NCBI GenBank assembly: GCA_012295275.1 | Contig: CM022674.1 | Location: forward strand, 186,001-250,000 | DNA from: Chrysomallon squamiferum | Taxonomy: Eukaryota > Animalia > Mollusca | Direction of reading: 5' to 3' | Length of the DNA stretch: 64,000 bases | Part shown: positions 43,967 to 60,430 of the stretch, one piece after another | How the letters are laid out: every line of letters begins with the position of its first letter | Numbering within the stretch: position 1 is the stretch's first letter | The notes under the pieces: generated by a model | The model's database searches: none | Seen by the model: the letters and a program-made list of their open reading frames with translations, nothing else | Told to the model about the DNA's origin: nothing | Made by a program: the position numbers and the translations under genes

Positions 43967-44986
43967 GTCTACATATATCTACTACGGTGACAATCCAAAC
44001 TCAGCGTCATTTGAAAGTGAAGGTCATTTCTAACTGGCGTGTAAATTAAAAATGGAAATGCCGACTGATGTAATAAAGGTTAAAAAAAAAACGAATAATG
44101 ATGACTTTACCATCTGGAAAAAAAGAAGAAAAAGAAGATAATGAATATATTTTAAATTCATTTGGTTATCAATTTGAAAAAAATAGTTGTTAATTGGGCT
44201 ATATATTTAAATCTGAATGAAATGTAAAGAAAAGAAAATTTAATTAATACAACATAATGATTGCTAAATCAACAAGTATTATTTACAAGTCAAAATTTCA
44301 GTTAAAACTTTGACATAAAACATCAAGCTAGCTGTTAATTTTAAGAAACAGTTTCTCCCTTCCAAATTTGTGAGGGTGAACCTTTTAGCAAAATATTCAA
44401 AAAAATGTAATAAAACAAATGAAAAGAATGTCGATGCTTATCAATTCAAAGTTTATAAAAGATAAACATATACATGTATTATTGTTTTAAACAGTATGTT
44501 ACTTTTCTTATAATTATTTTCATCAAAATACCATATCCACTACAACTAATACAGTAATAATGTAATGAACATATCATTACTCAATTTACTGCAATAAATG
44601 ACATTGGCATATCTTCAATCCTTATTTTGCTTTCTGTTAAGTGTTAATCCAAAATTGTTTCAAATGTGGGGGAAAATCATATGTTTATAAATTTAAAAAT
44701 ATTCATTTTAATGACTGTCAAAGGTGAAAAAAAATTCAGGAACAACCATCATATCATATCAACATGCTAGTGTACATTTCTACTACTTTTAGCATTTGCT
44801 GGAGATTGTTATTTTGCATTCAGCCATTCACTTTAAGATAAAAACTGAAGAAACACTTTTAATGTTTTAAAACATGCATCGACCGTTCACAAAATGTTAC
44901 TTCTCATTAAAAGTAAGGAACCTGTGGTCATTAAATCCAATTTTGGATTTGTCATTGAAACATGATGAATGAATCATCAGATTTAC

Positions 44987-45672
44987 CTGAACTACCGGAC
45001 GCAAATCTAAATACATCAGTTTTTAAAATAAACTAAAAAATACTGTTTGTCTAAACCAATACTAAATTTAGAAATAAATATTTAAATATGTTCTCTGTCA
45101 TTAAATTGGGAAAATTACGTACATGAATCAACTAGTGACATAAACTAAATTAAAAAATTCGTCTGCAATCATTCAGATTCGTTAACCTCCACCATGATGT
45201 CTTGTTGTCTCGTTAAACCTCGCGAGAAGTTTAGTATTAAAAAATGAGGTTTGAAAATTAAGCGAAATAGAACTTTACAAATTCATTCTACTCTGTGGAT
45301 AATAAAATGTGCAAAATGAAATGACAACTCGCCAAAGTTCAGTGAAAATTCTCCCCCGCCTGAAACTAATCCAGTATTATTGCTACTACTACTATTATTA
45401 TCATTTATCTATTTGTTTCTTTTATATTTAATTAATTTATTTCAACAGATACTCAGTACAGTAGTTGCATAGTACGATTGTAAATGTAATATCAGTGGTA
45501 GTAATGGTAATAAATGAACGAGTAAAAATAAAAAAAAAATAAATAAATAAATAAATAAATAAATAAATATATAAATAAATAAATAAATAAATAAAAATCC
45601 TTTTCCGCAATTCCTCTAAATATAATTTTTTGCCAAATAAAGCGGTTTTTTTGTAATGTCTTACTAACCAAA
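44987..45672. promoter_or_regulatory. Putative bidirectional promoter region between mitofusin (-) and CENP-S (+)
   Basis: A mitofusin non-coding exon donor (CAG|GTAAAT on -) lies at 44987 and the CENP-S ATG at 45673. Palindromic CTCGCGAG at 45219-45226 is a one-mismatch match to the TCTCGCGAGA promoter motif. Start sites are inferred, not observed. Confidence 0.6.
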
Positions 45673-49601
<3,929 letters not shown>

Positions 49602-52125
49602 TTTTGATCAAAAATAATAGTTTAAAAAGAATATGTTAAAAGGTAGGGAAAAAAAGAGAAATATTACGTAAAATTTTGAAGCACCTTGTTTTGTTATTAA
49701 ATAATAATAATTGTTATGATCATAATAATAATAATAATAATAATAAGAAAACAGCAAAAGCAATAAGAAATGTATCGGAGGTCTGTGCATTGAATATGGC
49801 AGATGTAGTTAATACCATTTCAAAAACAATAACTTGGCTTGTACAGGGTTTGTCAGATGGAAAATAAACTATTAAAAAAAAAAGAAAACATGACATTCAA
49901 GCTTTTTCAGTTTCATGTGTCAAAACAATTTTGATGCAGATTACAGAACAAGTTTATTTTTTTTGTAGAATATTCAGGTGACCTTTATTATATTTTGTAT
50001 ATTTCTAAACTGTTCATTATTATTATTATTATTATTTTTATTTTTTTATTTTTTATTTTTTGTTGTTGCTGTTTGTTTTTGTTTTGTCTTTTCACTTTAT
50101 TATTGTTTTCTTTTTTATTTATTTGCTTTGGCTAATGAATTGTTTTTCCTTTTAATAGACTTATAATTCTGAAGCATTAAGATTGCACATATTTCAATAA
50201 CTTTACAAATATCTATGAAGAAACATCCTCAACTTTCCTCGCGTTTAGTGTTGAAAAACAACAGTCGATGTCCTAATTATCACTGACTGCAAAACAAACA
50301 TCGACCAAGCAGTCCTTCAAGACAAAACTGAACGACAAAAATACAGACGATGTTAGTTATTGAAACCATTATTTTGTCCCTCCAATATTTCGTTTGTTGA
50401 TATTTAACATATAATCGAAGGATCAAAGCAAAGAGATAATATAAATCAGAATACTTTTGTGTGTTTTAAAAGACCACTGGAAAAACACTGGTGTATTTCT
50501 GGGGACAGTATTGAAGTTTGGTGTATGTAGTAATTCATTATCTCGGTAAACGCCTTATACTGCCACAATGAACAGCACCAATGTCGGTATTATAAAGAGG
50601 TTTGACTGTAATCTCTTTTTTTCCTTTTTAAAAACAAAAAAATAAAACAAAATATTAGTGATAACATTAATAAAAACCATTAAAATCTTGTCTGTATGTT
50701 AAAATGTAGGCCAATACTGGGACCAGAGCTTTTATTCAGTTTTCTGCCAGAAACGACATCCACTGTGTGAATTCGTTTATGTCTACGGTTACCGTTTGAA
50801 GTCTACCGAAATCGTTGCGATGAAAGACATAACTGACTTCAAAGACATCAAACATAAAAACAGGTTTATCGGCGATTAAGTGTTTTTGTCTCATTTCACA
50901 AAGTCTAGTTATGGCGATGTGTATACATATATTTCAGTCTTCGGGTAACCGCCACTCTCGTTATATTTCTTTAGAGGTCAATCGCAGTTTCTGTGCTATA
51001 TTTTTGAAAGGGGGTTTGTTGCTTGAAAATAATCAAGAGACTTTAGATAATTTTTTCCTCAAGGTTTTCCAGAACATTCCTCTGGCAAAACCTTTATACT
51101 TGTCACACTCGTTTGTCCAATAAAACCAGTAGAACCGTTGCTTACGGAAACTACAGGACCACCATCCACATCTACAACATAAATAATTTTACTGTACGGC
51201 AGGTTTTTAAAGATGTCGTCCCTATATTTCCTACACTGCACTATGCTTCCAGAACATGTTTTTGTCGAATCACAAGAGCCCGCGAACTGACATCGCAAAC
51301 TGGTTCCGAAGTGCCAGTTCAAACCATTTTAATAATTCAAATATTCAACATCATTCGATGCATATTTATGTTTTATAAGCACAGCATCTTAGCGGACTTT
51401 TGAACACGAAAAGATGACGCGGCTGGCACACAATGGAAGCTCTGTTTGTTTCAAACTCAATATTGTTTAAAACGTAAATATCCTTATTATGAATTTATGA
51501 CGTGCAAGATTTGTTTTATTTGCATCCATCAACGAACTCGATATCTGCAATTGTATTTTAGGATGCTTGCTGTGTTTGTTGTGGGTACTGGGATGATGGA
51601 TATGATAAATGTGAACAATGATAGTAAAGTTAAAAAAAACAAAACGAAATCGTCTGTTGTTTTTGTCCCTCTGATGAAAGGACACCTTCAATGTAAAGAC
51701 ACTTTTTCTGGGTTTCATGGGTATCCGTACAAGACAGGTACTACCCTATTCATAAATGTATGTGCTTATATAGTTTCACACACACACATACACACACACA
51801 CGAGCTTGTCATTAAAAAAATCTGAAAATCTTTCAAAGGCAGAATGCCGTGCTATAGAGCATTAATAACGAATGAAATAAAACAGATGAGGTGTTCATGC
51901 ATATGTATATAGATATTTATTACATATTTATTATATGGAATATCTTTGAACATTATATTTGCATAATTTTGATATTTTAGTGAAAGTCTGAATTTATTTG
52001 CTTATGTAAGGCAGGAGCACAATCATTAAATAACAAACTGCTGTCAGTAACATTATCAACGTATCTATTTTACAAAAACTGTTCATTTCATATATACTAG
52101 ACAAATTTAGGAAGAAAAAGCAAAA

Positions 52126-53613
52126 ATGATTTTAGAAATTCTTCTGGAAAATTGGTCAATCGTTCTCGTAATTTTGGCAGTCATACTGGGAACTAGATTA
52201 TTTTTTATGCGACCAAGAGATCTACTACCCCCGGGACCGTGGTTGACCCTGCCTGTCCTTGGAAACCTTCTTCAAGTGGGCACGAACCCCGTGAAGTCTT
52301 TTAGAAAACTGAGGAAGAAATACGGCGACGTTTTCAGCGTTTACATCGGAACTCAGCTGGTCATTGCTGTCAATGGGTTTAAAAATATGAAAGACGTTTT
52401 CGTGAAAAATGGTGATCTTTTCTCAAACAGGCCAAACATTTTGATTCATAGTCTGATTTCTAAAGGTAAAGGAATCATGGGCTCTAGCGGTGACGTTTGG
52501 AGAGAACAGAGAGAGTTTGCACTCACGACCTTGAAAAATCTGGGAATGGGAAAAAATATTCTGGAAGAAAAAATTCAAGAAGATGTCAGCTCTTTTCTTG
52601 AGCAGTTAAGAAGAACGAAAGGTGAGGCAACAGATTTGGATCAACATGTCTTCACTTCTGTTTGTAACATCATTTGTTCTATAATATATGGTAGCCGATT
52701 TGAGTTCGATGATCCCAAATTTGCTCAGTTTATGAAGATAGCGGAACAAACCTCTTCAGTACCCATTGTTCTTTCCTTGTTTCCATTTCTTTATTATCTT
52801 CCTGAAAACCTGTTTGGAGTGGGTCGTAGACTAAAAAACAATAGTTTGATACTGAAAGATTTAGTTGATAAGTCGCTAGAAAAACACCTGGCCCAGTATG
52901 ACGAGAACAACATTACAGATTTCATCAGTGCTTACATAAAAGAAATGAAAGCGAAGGCAACACGAGGGGAGATAAACAGTAGCATTAACAAAGAAAACCT
53001 TCGTTTTTCCATTTGGCATTTTTTTCTGGCTGGGACAGAAACTACGGCGGCAACACTTCGATGGCTGATTGTGTATCTTCTGCATTATCCTGAAATACAG
53101 AAGAAATGTTTTGCTGAAATTCAGAAGAAGACTGGATGCGAACGACTGATAACTGTAAAAGACAAAACAGAACTAACCTACATCGAAGCAACTATTTTTG
53201 AAACTTTACGTTTCTCTGTTGTTACACCTTTAAGTGTTTTCCGTGGTGTTGACACCGATATTTACTGGAATGGGTACATAATTCCCCACAATGCAGTTGT
53301 CTATCCGGTAATTGATTCTGTTCTCTCCGATCCAGAAATCTGGGGCGATCCGGAAAATTTCAGACCGGAACGTTTTCTCGATGAAAATGAACACCTGGTC
53401 AACAGAGAAGAGCTCATCCCGTTCATGTTTGGTCCAAGAAATTGTATTGGCGAACCCCTGGCGAGGATGGAATTGTTTTTGTTAGTCTCGAATATGATTC
53501 AGAAATTTGAATTCATCAAACCAGAAGGGAGTCCTCTGCCGTCTATGGAGCCGATTCTTGGTTTCACGCAGTCGCCGAAGCCGTTCAAAGTCAGAGCAGT
53601 TTTGAGAAAATAG
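52126..53613 (+). CDS. Cytochrome P450, clan 2 (CYP2-like), intronless CDS, copy A, 495 aa
   Basis: N-terminal TM anchor, PPGP hinge, WREQR, AGTETT I-helix, ETLR, PERF, heme loop FMFGPRNCIG. Confidence 0.96.
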   Translation: MILEILLENWSIVLVILAVILGTRLFFMRPRDLLPPGPWLTLPVLGNLLQVGTNPVKSFRKLRKKYGDVFSVYIGTQLVIAVNGFKNMKDVFVKNGDLFSNRPNILIHSLISKGKGIMGSSGDVWREQREFALTTLKNLGMGKNILEEKIQEDVSSFLEQLRRTKGEATDLDQHVFTSVCNIICSIIYGSRFEFDDPKFAQFMKIAEQTSSVPIVLSLFPFLYYLPENLFGVGRRLKNNSLILKDLVDKSLEKHLAQYDENNITDFISAYIKEMKAKATRGEINSSINKENLRFSIWHFFLAGTETTAATLRWLIVYLLHYPEIQKKCFAEIQKKTGCERLITVKDKTELTYIEATIFETLRFSVVTPLSVFRGVDTDIYWNGYIIPHNAVVYPVIDSVLSDPEIWGDPENFRPERFLDENEHLVNREELIPFMFGPRNCIGEPLARMELFLLVSNMIQKFEFIKPEGSPLPSMEPILGFTQSPKPFKVRAVLRK

Positions 53614-55611
53614 ATTTTTTTTGCTGATTAAAAAGATTTTGTGAATTAAGATTTTCTTTTTCTTTTTTTAAATTATAATTTTTAATTATTTTTTTAATAA
53701 CTGAGCAGTAATGTTAGAAATTAAAAGTTGATTTGCATGATTCAAAATTAATATACGATAAAATTCTTAATTCTCTGTCTGTAAATGATTTACTGATTTT
53801 AGATCAGACACACACACTCACACATGTATATTAGGTACGTTACAAAAAACGTACTGTACGTTCATTGGACAGTCTTCAGAAATAAACAAAATGAGACCAA
53901 TTTTTTAGAAATATTTTGAAATATGAAAATTGAAGGAGTCATATAATTTCAGACAGTGAAAAAAATGCCTATATCTCCTCAAAAATGTATAAAAGTGAAG
54001 TGTAAACAATTTTTTTATTTAGTTGAAGCCAAAGGAAACATCAACAAAAACTGAAAAATTGCCGAGAACAGAATTAGAGTATAAACAAAAGACTTCGTGT
54101 TGTAAGGTAAACAAACGATGTCGACCATTCAGAGGGCTGCTTTTGCTTGACCTCACCTCTTTTCCTCAAACAGCATCGTTCATTATTATAACAAAGAACT
54201 GCGTTCAACATCGTGCGCAGTGGAGCAAGCCATGATCGCAGTTAAAAATGTCCATGAACTTAGGCAGAAATAAAGTTAAATAAATGGTCTGTTGAAAACA
54301 TATGCGTTTTTATAAGAAATATCGCTCAACTGCTAAGTCTACTTGGATGAATTTGTAAAACAAATTTTTAACTTTTTTCGCAAGAATATTGGAGATGCTT
54401 ATGTTCAATAGAAAATAAATTTTCGAAAGCGAGGATGCGATGAAATGTGAGCAGAACATCATCAAACAAGATTTATTCTCAGAAGTCTGTTTATAAGCTG
54501 TCAGCAGGCCATTGTCTGAGGGTCCTTACTGAGCAAATTAATATAATTTTTTGCCTATTTAACGACTATTATTTTGTCTACTGCAGTAGTGATTCTTCTG
54601 GTTAACTGATTCTAATGCTGATATTACTTTACAGCTCGTGTAAACCATTCCTTTGTACAGCGATTCCCAACCAGTCACTGACAGTCTCTTAATGGTCTTG
54701 GAAAATACTCTGTCATGTGTATAATTACGATAAACTTTCAAATTTTCGCAGCTATTTTCCAGCCTACAGCAAGAGTAAAATTTCTCTTAAGAGCTCTTTT
54801 GTTTAGTTGTTCGTAAACTATACAATTTATAAAGTCATTTATTAACAATAATTATTACACAATTGCGTTTGACAGGATTGGTCACTTTCTCTTTATTGCA
54901 AGGTTTGAAATCATTGCCTTAGTATATTATTTTAAATGTTCCTTTTTTTTTTTTATAAGGTTTGATGCAATCGATTAATAATACTCAAAGACAGAACAGA
55001 ACTGACCTGTTTTGGAAACTAGCAGATCTTGTCACTTTAAGTTTTTTCTATTGTCTTCAGGTTGATATTTACTTGAATCGTTTAAGTATTTTCCGCAGTG
55101 CAGTTGTATACACGGTTAAAAACAAAACACTGAACTCAAATGATTCTCAAATGTTTTTTATTTATTTTTATTTTTTTTATATATACTATTTAGCCACAAC
55201 ATTAGAATTGAAAATTTATGAGCATTGTGCAAAACTAATAAAGAGAGATCTGTAGGCGTGTTCAGTTTTATCATTAACACTGAATCTACGAATGACTTTA
55301 TGTCCAAACACACACACGCACACACGCACACACACACACTTAGATGTATAGACAGCTAGAGAGATTAACTAACCTGAAAACTCATATTTATTTCCATTTC
55401 AAAAAACATAAAAAACAACTAAAATAATGCTTCAAAAGAACCACTTGCCTACATCGTGCGCTACAATTCATAGTCACGTGATACTTAGCTCGAGGTCTGT
55501 ATTATGTCACGCGAAGTGAGAGAGAAAATAAAAAAAACGATGAAAAAAATCAAATAAAAATGCATACAGTAGGATTTTTGTTTAGCGACTGTCAGTTGTG
55601 CAAAGCTGCTC

Positions 55612-55666
<55 letters not shown>

Positions 55667-56238
55667 ATTATTATGTAAATAAACGTAATTTTTATAAGGT
55701 TTTGGACACAGTATAGTTACGAGCTTGTGAAAACTAAATGACTTTAGCTATTACTTTCATGCCTTGGTGCGAGGCAACTTGTATTTTAACACTGACTTTA
55801 ACAAAACACAAAACTGAAGTCATTCTCAAACAGCGTGATTCAGCATTTCTCTGCCGTGTCATCTCTAACATCAGTTGGATATGAAAATAGATCACGTGCT
55901 AACATACAAATTAAATTCTCCATGTTCATGTCCTGTATTAAAAATAAAATAAAATGCATTTATTCACACACACACACACACATCCACACACACATTCTAA
56001 ATGTATATAGAGAATTAAATATTTTATTACACATTAATTATAAATCGTGCTAATCAGCATTTAATTTTTTATTATTATTGCTAAGTTAAAAAAAAAATTA
56101 AAAAAAAGAAGCAACAACAAAACAACAAAAAAAAAAAAAAATAATAATAATATAAAAAAAAAAAAAAATAAAAAAAAATAAAAATAAATAATAAGAATAA
56201 ATAATTTAATTCACAGATTATTTTTAATCCGTACAAAA

Positions 56239-57723
56239 CTATTTTCTCAAAACTGCTCTGACTTTGAACGGCTTCGGCGACTGCGTGAAACCAAGAATCG
56301 GCTCCATAGAAGGCAGAGGACTCCCTTCTGGTTTGATGAACTCAAATTTCTGAATCATATTCGAGACTAACAAAAACAATTCCATCCTCGCCAGGGGTTC
56401 GCCAATACAATTTCTTGGACCAAACATGAACGGGATGAGCTCTTCTCTGTTGACCAGGTGTCCATTTTCATCGAGAAAACGTTCCGGTCTGAAATTTTCC
56501 GGATCGCCCCAGATTTCTGGATCAGAGAGAACGGAATCGATGACCGGATACACAACTGCATTGTGGGGAATTCTGTAACCATTCCAGTAAATGTCATTCT
56601 GAACACCACGGAACACACTTAAAGGCGCAAGATCGGCTAGTCGTAAGGTTTCCAAAATAGTTGCTTCGATGTAGGTCAATTCTGTTCTGTCTTTGAGTGA
56701 TATCAATCGATCGCATCCAATTTTCTTCTGAATTTCAGCAAAACATTTCTTCTGTATTTCAGGATAATGCAGAAGATACACAATCAGCCATCGAAGTGTC
56801 GTCGCCGTAGTTTCTGTCCCAGCAATAAAAAGATTCCAAATGGAAAAACGAAGGTTTTCTTTGTTAATGCTACTGTTTATCTCCCCTCGTTTTGCCTTCG
56901 CTTTCATTTCTTTTATGTAAGCACTGATGAAATCTGTAATGTTGTTCTCGTCATACTGGGCCAGGTGTTTTTCTAGTGACTTATCAACTAAATCTTTCAG
57001 TATCAAACTATTGTTTTTTAGTCTACGACCCACTCCAAACAGATCTCCAGGAAGATAATAAAGAAATGGAAACAAGGAAAAAACAATGGGTATTGAAGCC
57101 GTTTGCTCCGCTACCTTCATAAACTGAGCAAATTTTGGATCATCGAACTCAAATCGGCTACCATATATTATAGAACAAATGATGTTAGATATAGAAGTAC
57201 AGATATGTTGATCCAAATTTGTGGCTTCACCTTTTGTTTTTCTTAACTGTTCAAGAAAAGCGATGACGTCTTCTTGAATTTTTCCTTCTAGAATATTCTT
57301 TCCCATTCCCAAATGTTTCAAGGCCGTCACTGCAAAATGCCTCTGTTCTTTCCAAACGTCACCGCTAGAGCCTATAATTCCTGTATTTTTGGAAAGCAGC
57401 TTCACAATCAAAATGTTTGGCCTATTTGAGAAAAGATCACCATTTTTCACGAAAACGTCTTTCATATTTTTGAACCCATTGACAGCAATGACCAGTTGAG
57501 TTCCGATGTAAACGCTGAAAACGTCGCCGTATTTCTTCCTCAGTTTTCTAAAAGACTTCACGGGGTTCGTGCCCACTTGAAGAAGGTTTCCAAGGACAGG
57601 CAGGGTAAACCACGGTCCCGGGGGTAGATCTTTTGGTCGGGTAAGAAACAACCGGGTCGTGAACGTTACTACTAGAAACACAAGAACTGCTGACAAATTA
57701 TCCAGTAAAATTTCAAATATCAT
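56239..57723 (-). CDS. Cytochrome P450, clan 2 (CYP2-like), intronless CDS, copy B, 494 aa
   Basis: Same motif set (PPGP, WKEQR, AGTETT, ETLR, PERF, FMFGPRNCIG); intact ORF. Confidence 0.96.
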   Translation of the reverse strand: MIFEILLDNLSAVLVFLVVTFTTRLFLTRPKDLPPGPWFTLPVLGNLLQVGTNPVKSFRKLRKKYGDVFSVYIGTQLVIAVNGFKNMKDVFVKNGDLFSNRPNILIVKLLSKNTGIIGSSGDVWKEQRHFAVTALKHLGMGKNILEGKIQEDVIAFLEQLRKTKGEATNLDQHICTSISNIICSIIYGSRFEFDDPKFAQFMKVAEQTASIPIVFSLFPFLYYLPGDLFGVGRRLKNNSLILKDLVDKSLEKHLAQYDENNITDFISAYIKEMKAKAKRGEINSSINKENLRFSIWNLFIAGTETTATTLRWLIVYLLHYPEIQKKCFAEIQKKIGCDRLISLKDRTELTYIEATILETLRLADLAPLSVFRGVQNDIYWNGYRIPHNAVVYPVIDSVLSDPEIWGDPENFRPERFLDENGHLVNREELIPFMFGPRNCIGEPLARMELFLLVSNMIQKFEFIKPEGSPLPSMEPILGFTQSPKPFKVRAVLRK

Positions 57724-58319
57724 TTTCTTTTCTTCTCAAATATATTTTTGAAGGGCAATAATTAAAATTCCTTCTTTTTTTTCTCACTTTTTTCCTTACT
57801 TATTTGTTATTACATAATTCTCTACAGTGCTGTTCTGTAATTTTACTGTGTTTATATAGCTGCTTCAATCTGCTTTATAAAAGGATAATGTATAACAAAT
57901 ATATTTGTAAACAATAAATTTACATAAGTATTTTTACGTTAATGACTAACTACACGCACACACGTTTTATAAGTATTTGTATCACGTTACATACATACAC
58001 ATACATAAACATATAAAATATATGATATACATACATGATCATAAATTAAAATCGTTTATTGTAACCAAGCAATGATCAGTCAAATATAAAAACAAGTAAT
58101 GTTGTAACTTTATGCGGACACAGTAAATTTGGCTGTTTTGTTTTCTTTATTAATAATAAAAAAAAAAAAAAAAAAACAGACAAAAGAATAAAAAAAAAAA
58201 TGTATATAGTAGTAATGCTAATAAAGAAAACAATGACTTGCATGTCTCCAGATAATATTTGATTGTTCTATTTCATCATTAGCCTTACTACTACTACTAC
58301 TCCTGTTACAACTATTTTA

Positions 58320-58830
58320 CAACTACTTCTTGTTACAGTATTGTTTCTCCTTTTTGTTTTCTTTTATTCATTTGCTCTTTGAAACCTTATTGAACCCAAT
58401 CTCAATAGAAATTATATAATAAAAAATTTAGATGTTTGGAGTACCTACTACTATCACGGTCACCACTACTGCTTATACTACACCTACAGAAAATACTACT
58501 TCTACTATTTACAGTATTGTGCTACTGCTCTACTAATACGACAACAACGACTGCTATTGTTAGTGCTGCACGTTCACTAGTACGACTGCTAGAACTAGCA
58601 CTACTTTTACTACTACTCCGTCTACCACTGTTCATACTACACTACTACTATTACTACTGCTAACATTACGAATACTACTACTACTACGGTCACTAATATT
58701 TTACAAATAATTGTTTCTCTCGTTCTTTATTGTTTTCTTTTATTCATCTGCTCTTACCACCCATTTTGAACCCCATTTAAATAGAAATCATTTAACAGAA
58801 ACTTTGGAACTTTGGAGTACCTACTACGAC
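58320..58830. repeat. Local direct duplication (~130 bp, about 58340-58450 and 58710-58826) ending in TTTGGAGTACCTACTAC, with (TAC)n-rich sequence between
   Basis: Two diverged copies of TTGTTTCTC..TTTTCTTTTATTCAT.TGCTCTT..TTGAACCC..AATAGAAAT..TTTGGAGTACCTACTAC. Confidence 0.65.
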
Positions 58831-59409
58831 TGGTGTTTTTGCAACTTCTACAATTTTAAATTGACCTCATGAAAAAAAAAAAAAAAAAAAAAACAACAAC
58901 TAATTACAATAACTCAAGTATCCCACAACGTTAAACATGCCGAGATTTCAGATCACCTGATCATCTGACCTAGATACAGGACGTTAACATGTCACAATTA
59001 CAACATCGTTTTCCTCGAGCTGGAGATTTAAGTGAGTATGTTAATACATGTTCTATTTTCATATCCATCTGCGCACTTTGGTATTAGATCCGTCACAATG
59101 ACACGGCAGAAAAATGTAACAAACAAAAACAAAAAAAAAAAACCCTAAAAGATCTATTATGCTTTAAATTTATTATTATTGTTATTGTTGTTGCTTTTGT
59201 CGTTGTCATCGTCATCATTCCCATCATCATCATCATTTTCTTTCTTTATTGATCAATAAATCTATTTGTTATTATTTTTGTTTTTCTCCATTCTTTCTTT
59301 CTTTCTTTCTTCTTCTTATTATTATTATTACAATTTATATTTATTTTGGTTTCACATTAGATTTATTTTTTTAAATTTCGTCACGTTTTTTAAACTGACC
59401 AAACAGACG

Positions 59410-59768
59410 GCTACTTTCTTGTGTGCCCTGGCATGTAACACTTGCAGCCAGTGTCGTTTATTCAGAACTAAAATAACTCTAGCTACTTTTGTGTGTGCCC
59501 TGGCATGTAATACTTGCAGTCAGTGTTGTTTACCCAGAACTAAAATAATTCTAGCTACTTTTCTGTGTGCCCTGACATGTAATACTTGCAGCCAGTGTTG
59601 TTTACCCAGAACTAAAATAACTCTAGCTATTTTTGTGTGTGCCCTGGCATGTAACACTTGCAGTCAGTGTTGTTTACCCAGAACTAAAATAACTCTAGTT
59701 ACTTTTGTGTGTGCCCTGGCATGTAACACTTGCAGTCAGTGTTGTTTACCCAGAACTAATATAACTCG
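59410..59768. repeat. 72-bp minisatellite, 5 copies
   Basis: Unit CTAGCTACTTTTGTGTGTGCCCTGGCATGTAACACTTGCAGTCAGTGTTGTTTACCCAGAACTAAAATAACT. Confidence 0.92.
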
Positions 59769-60316
59769 AGCATCAGACAACGTTAATCATTCGTACATAA
59801 TAATAATAATAATAAAAAAACTGGACAGATTAGCTCATGTGACAACACTAAACAATAATTATGCTCTTTGAGCTTTTTCAATACTATTATTTTTTTTTAA
59901 TTCTCTTTTCGCGTGACATAATGCCCACCTCTAAGTATCTTGTGATTATGCAAATTTAGTGCACAATATTACCACGTGTTTTCAAGTAGTACTTTAACAG
60001 CAGAACATTTAAAAAAAGGCCCCCCTCCGATAAAATAATAATAATAAAAATAAAGTAAAATAAAATAAAACAAACAATAACAGTAATAATACGAGTTTTC
60101 ATTATACTTGGGTAGTCAAACAGTGTTTGATATATATAAAAATCTACATCTATCTCTAATGTGTATGTGTATATGTGTAACAGAAAAAGAATCATTCGCG
60201 GATACAGGAATTAACAGTAAAACTGTACACATCAACAGTTCTCTCTTCATCAGCATTCAGCCATGCTGTCAACTTTTATTACCAATACAGTGGCTAAATA
60301 ATAATTTTAAAAAAGC

Positions 60317-60349
<33 letters not shown>

Positions 60350-60430
60350 CCCAATAATATATATAAAAAATAAAAACAATACGAAATTTAAATATAATTT
60401 CTCATAGATTGTTTTTAACTACTACAAGAT

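Noticed and set aside
54000-54900. GC-richer stretch between P450 A and B, possibly a decayed transposon or gene fragment
   Set aside because: No recognisable protein motif or termini by eye; needs a database search.
55473-55482. E-box GTCACGTGA and scattered GCGTG (XRE-like) cores near the P450 genes
   Set aside because: Short motifs expected by chance; not placed consistently upstream of the three genes.
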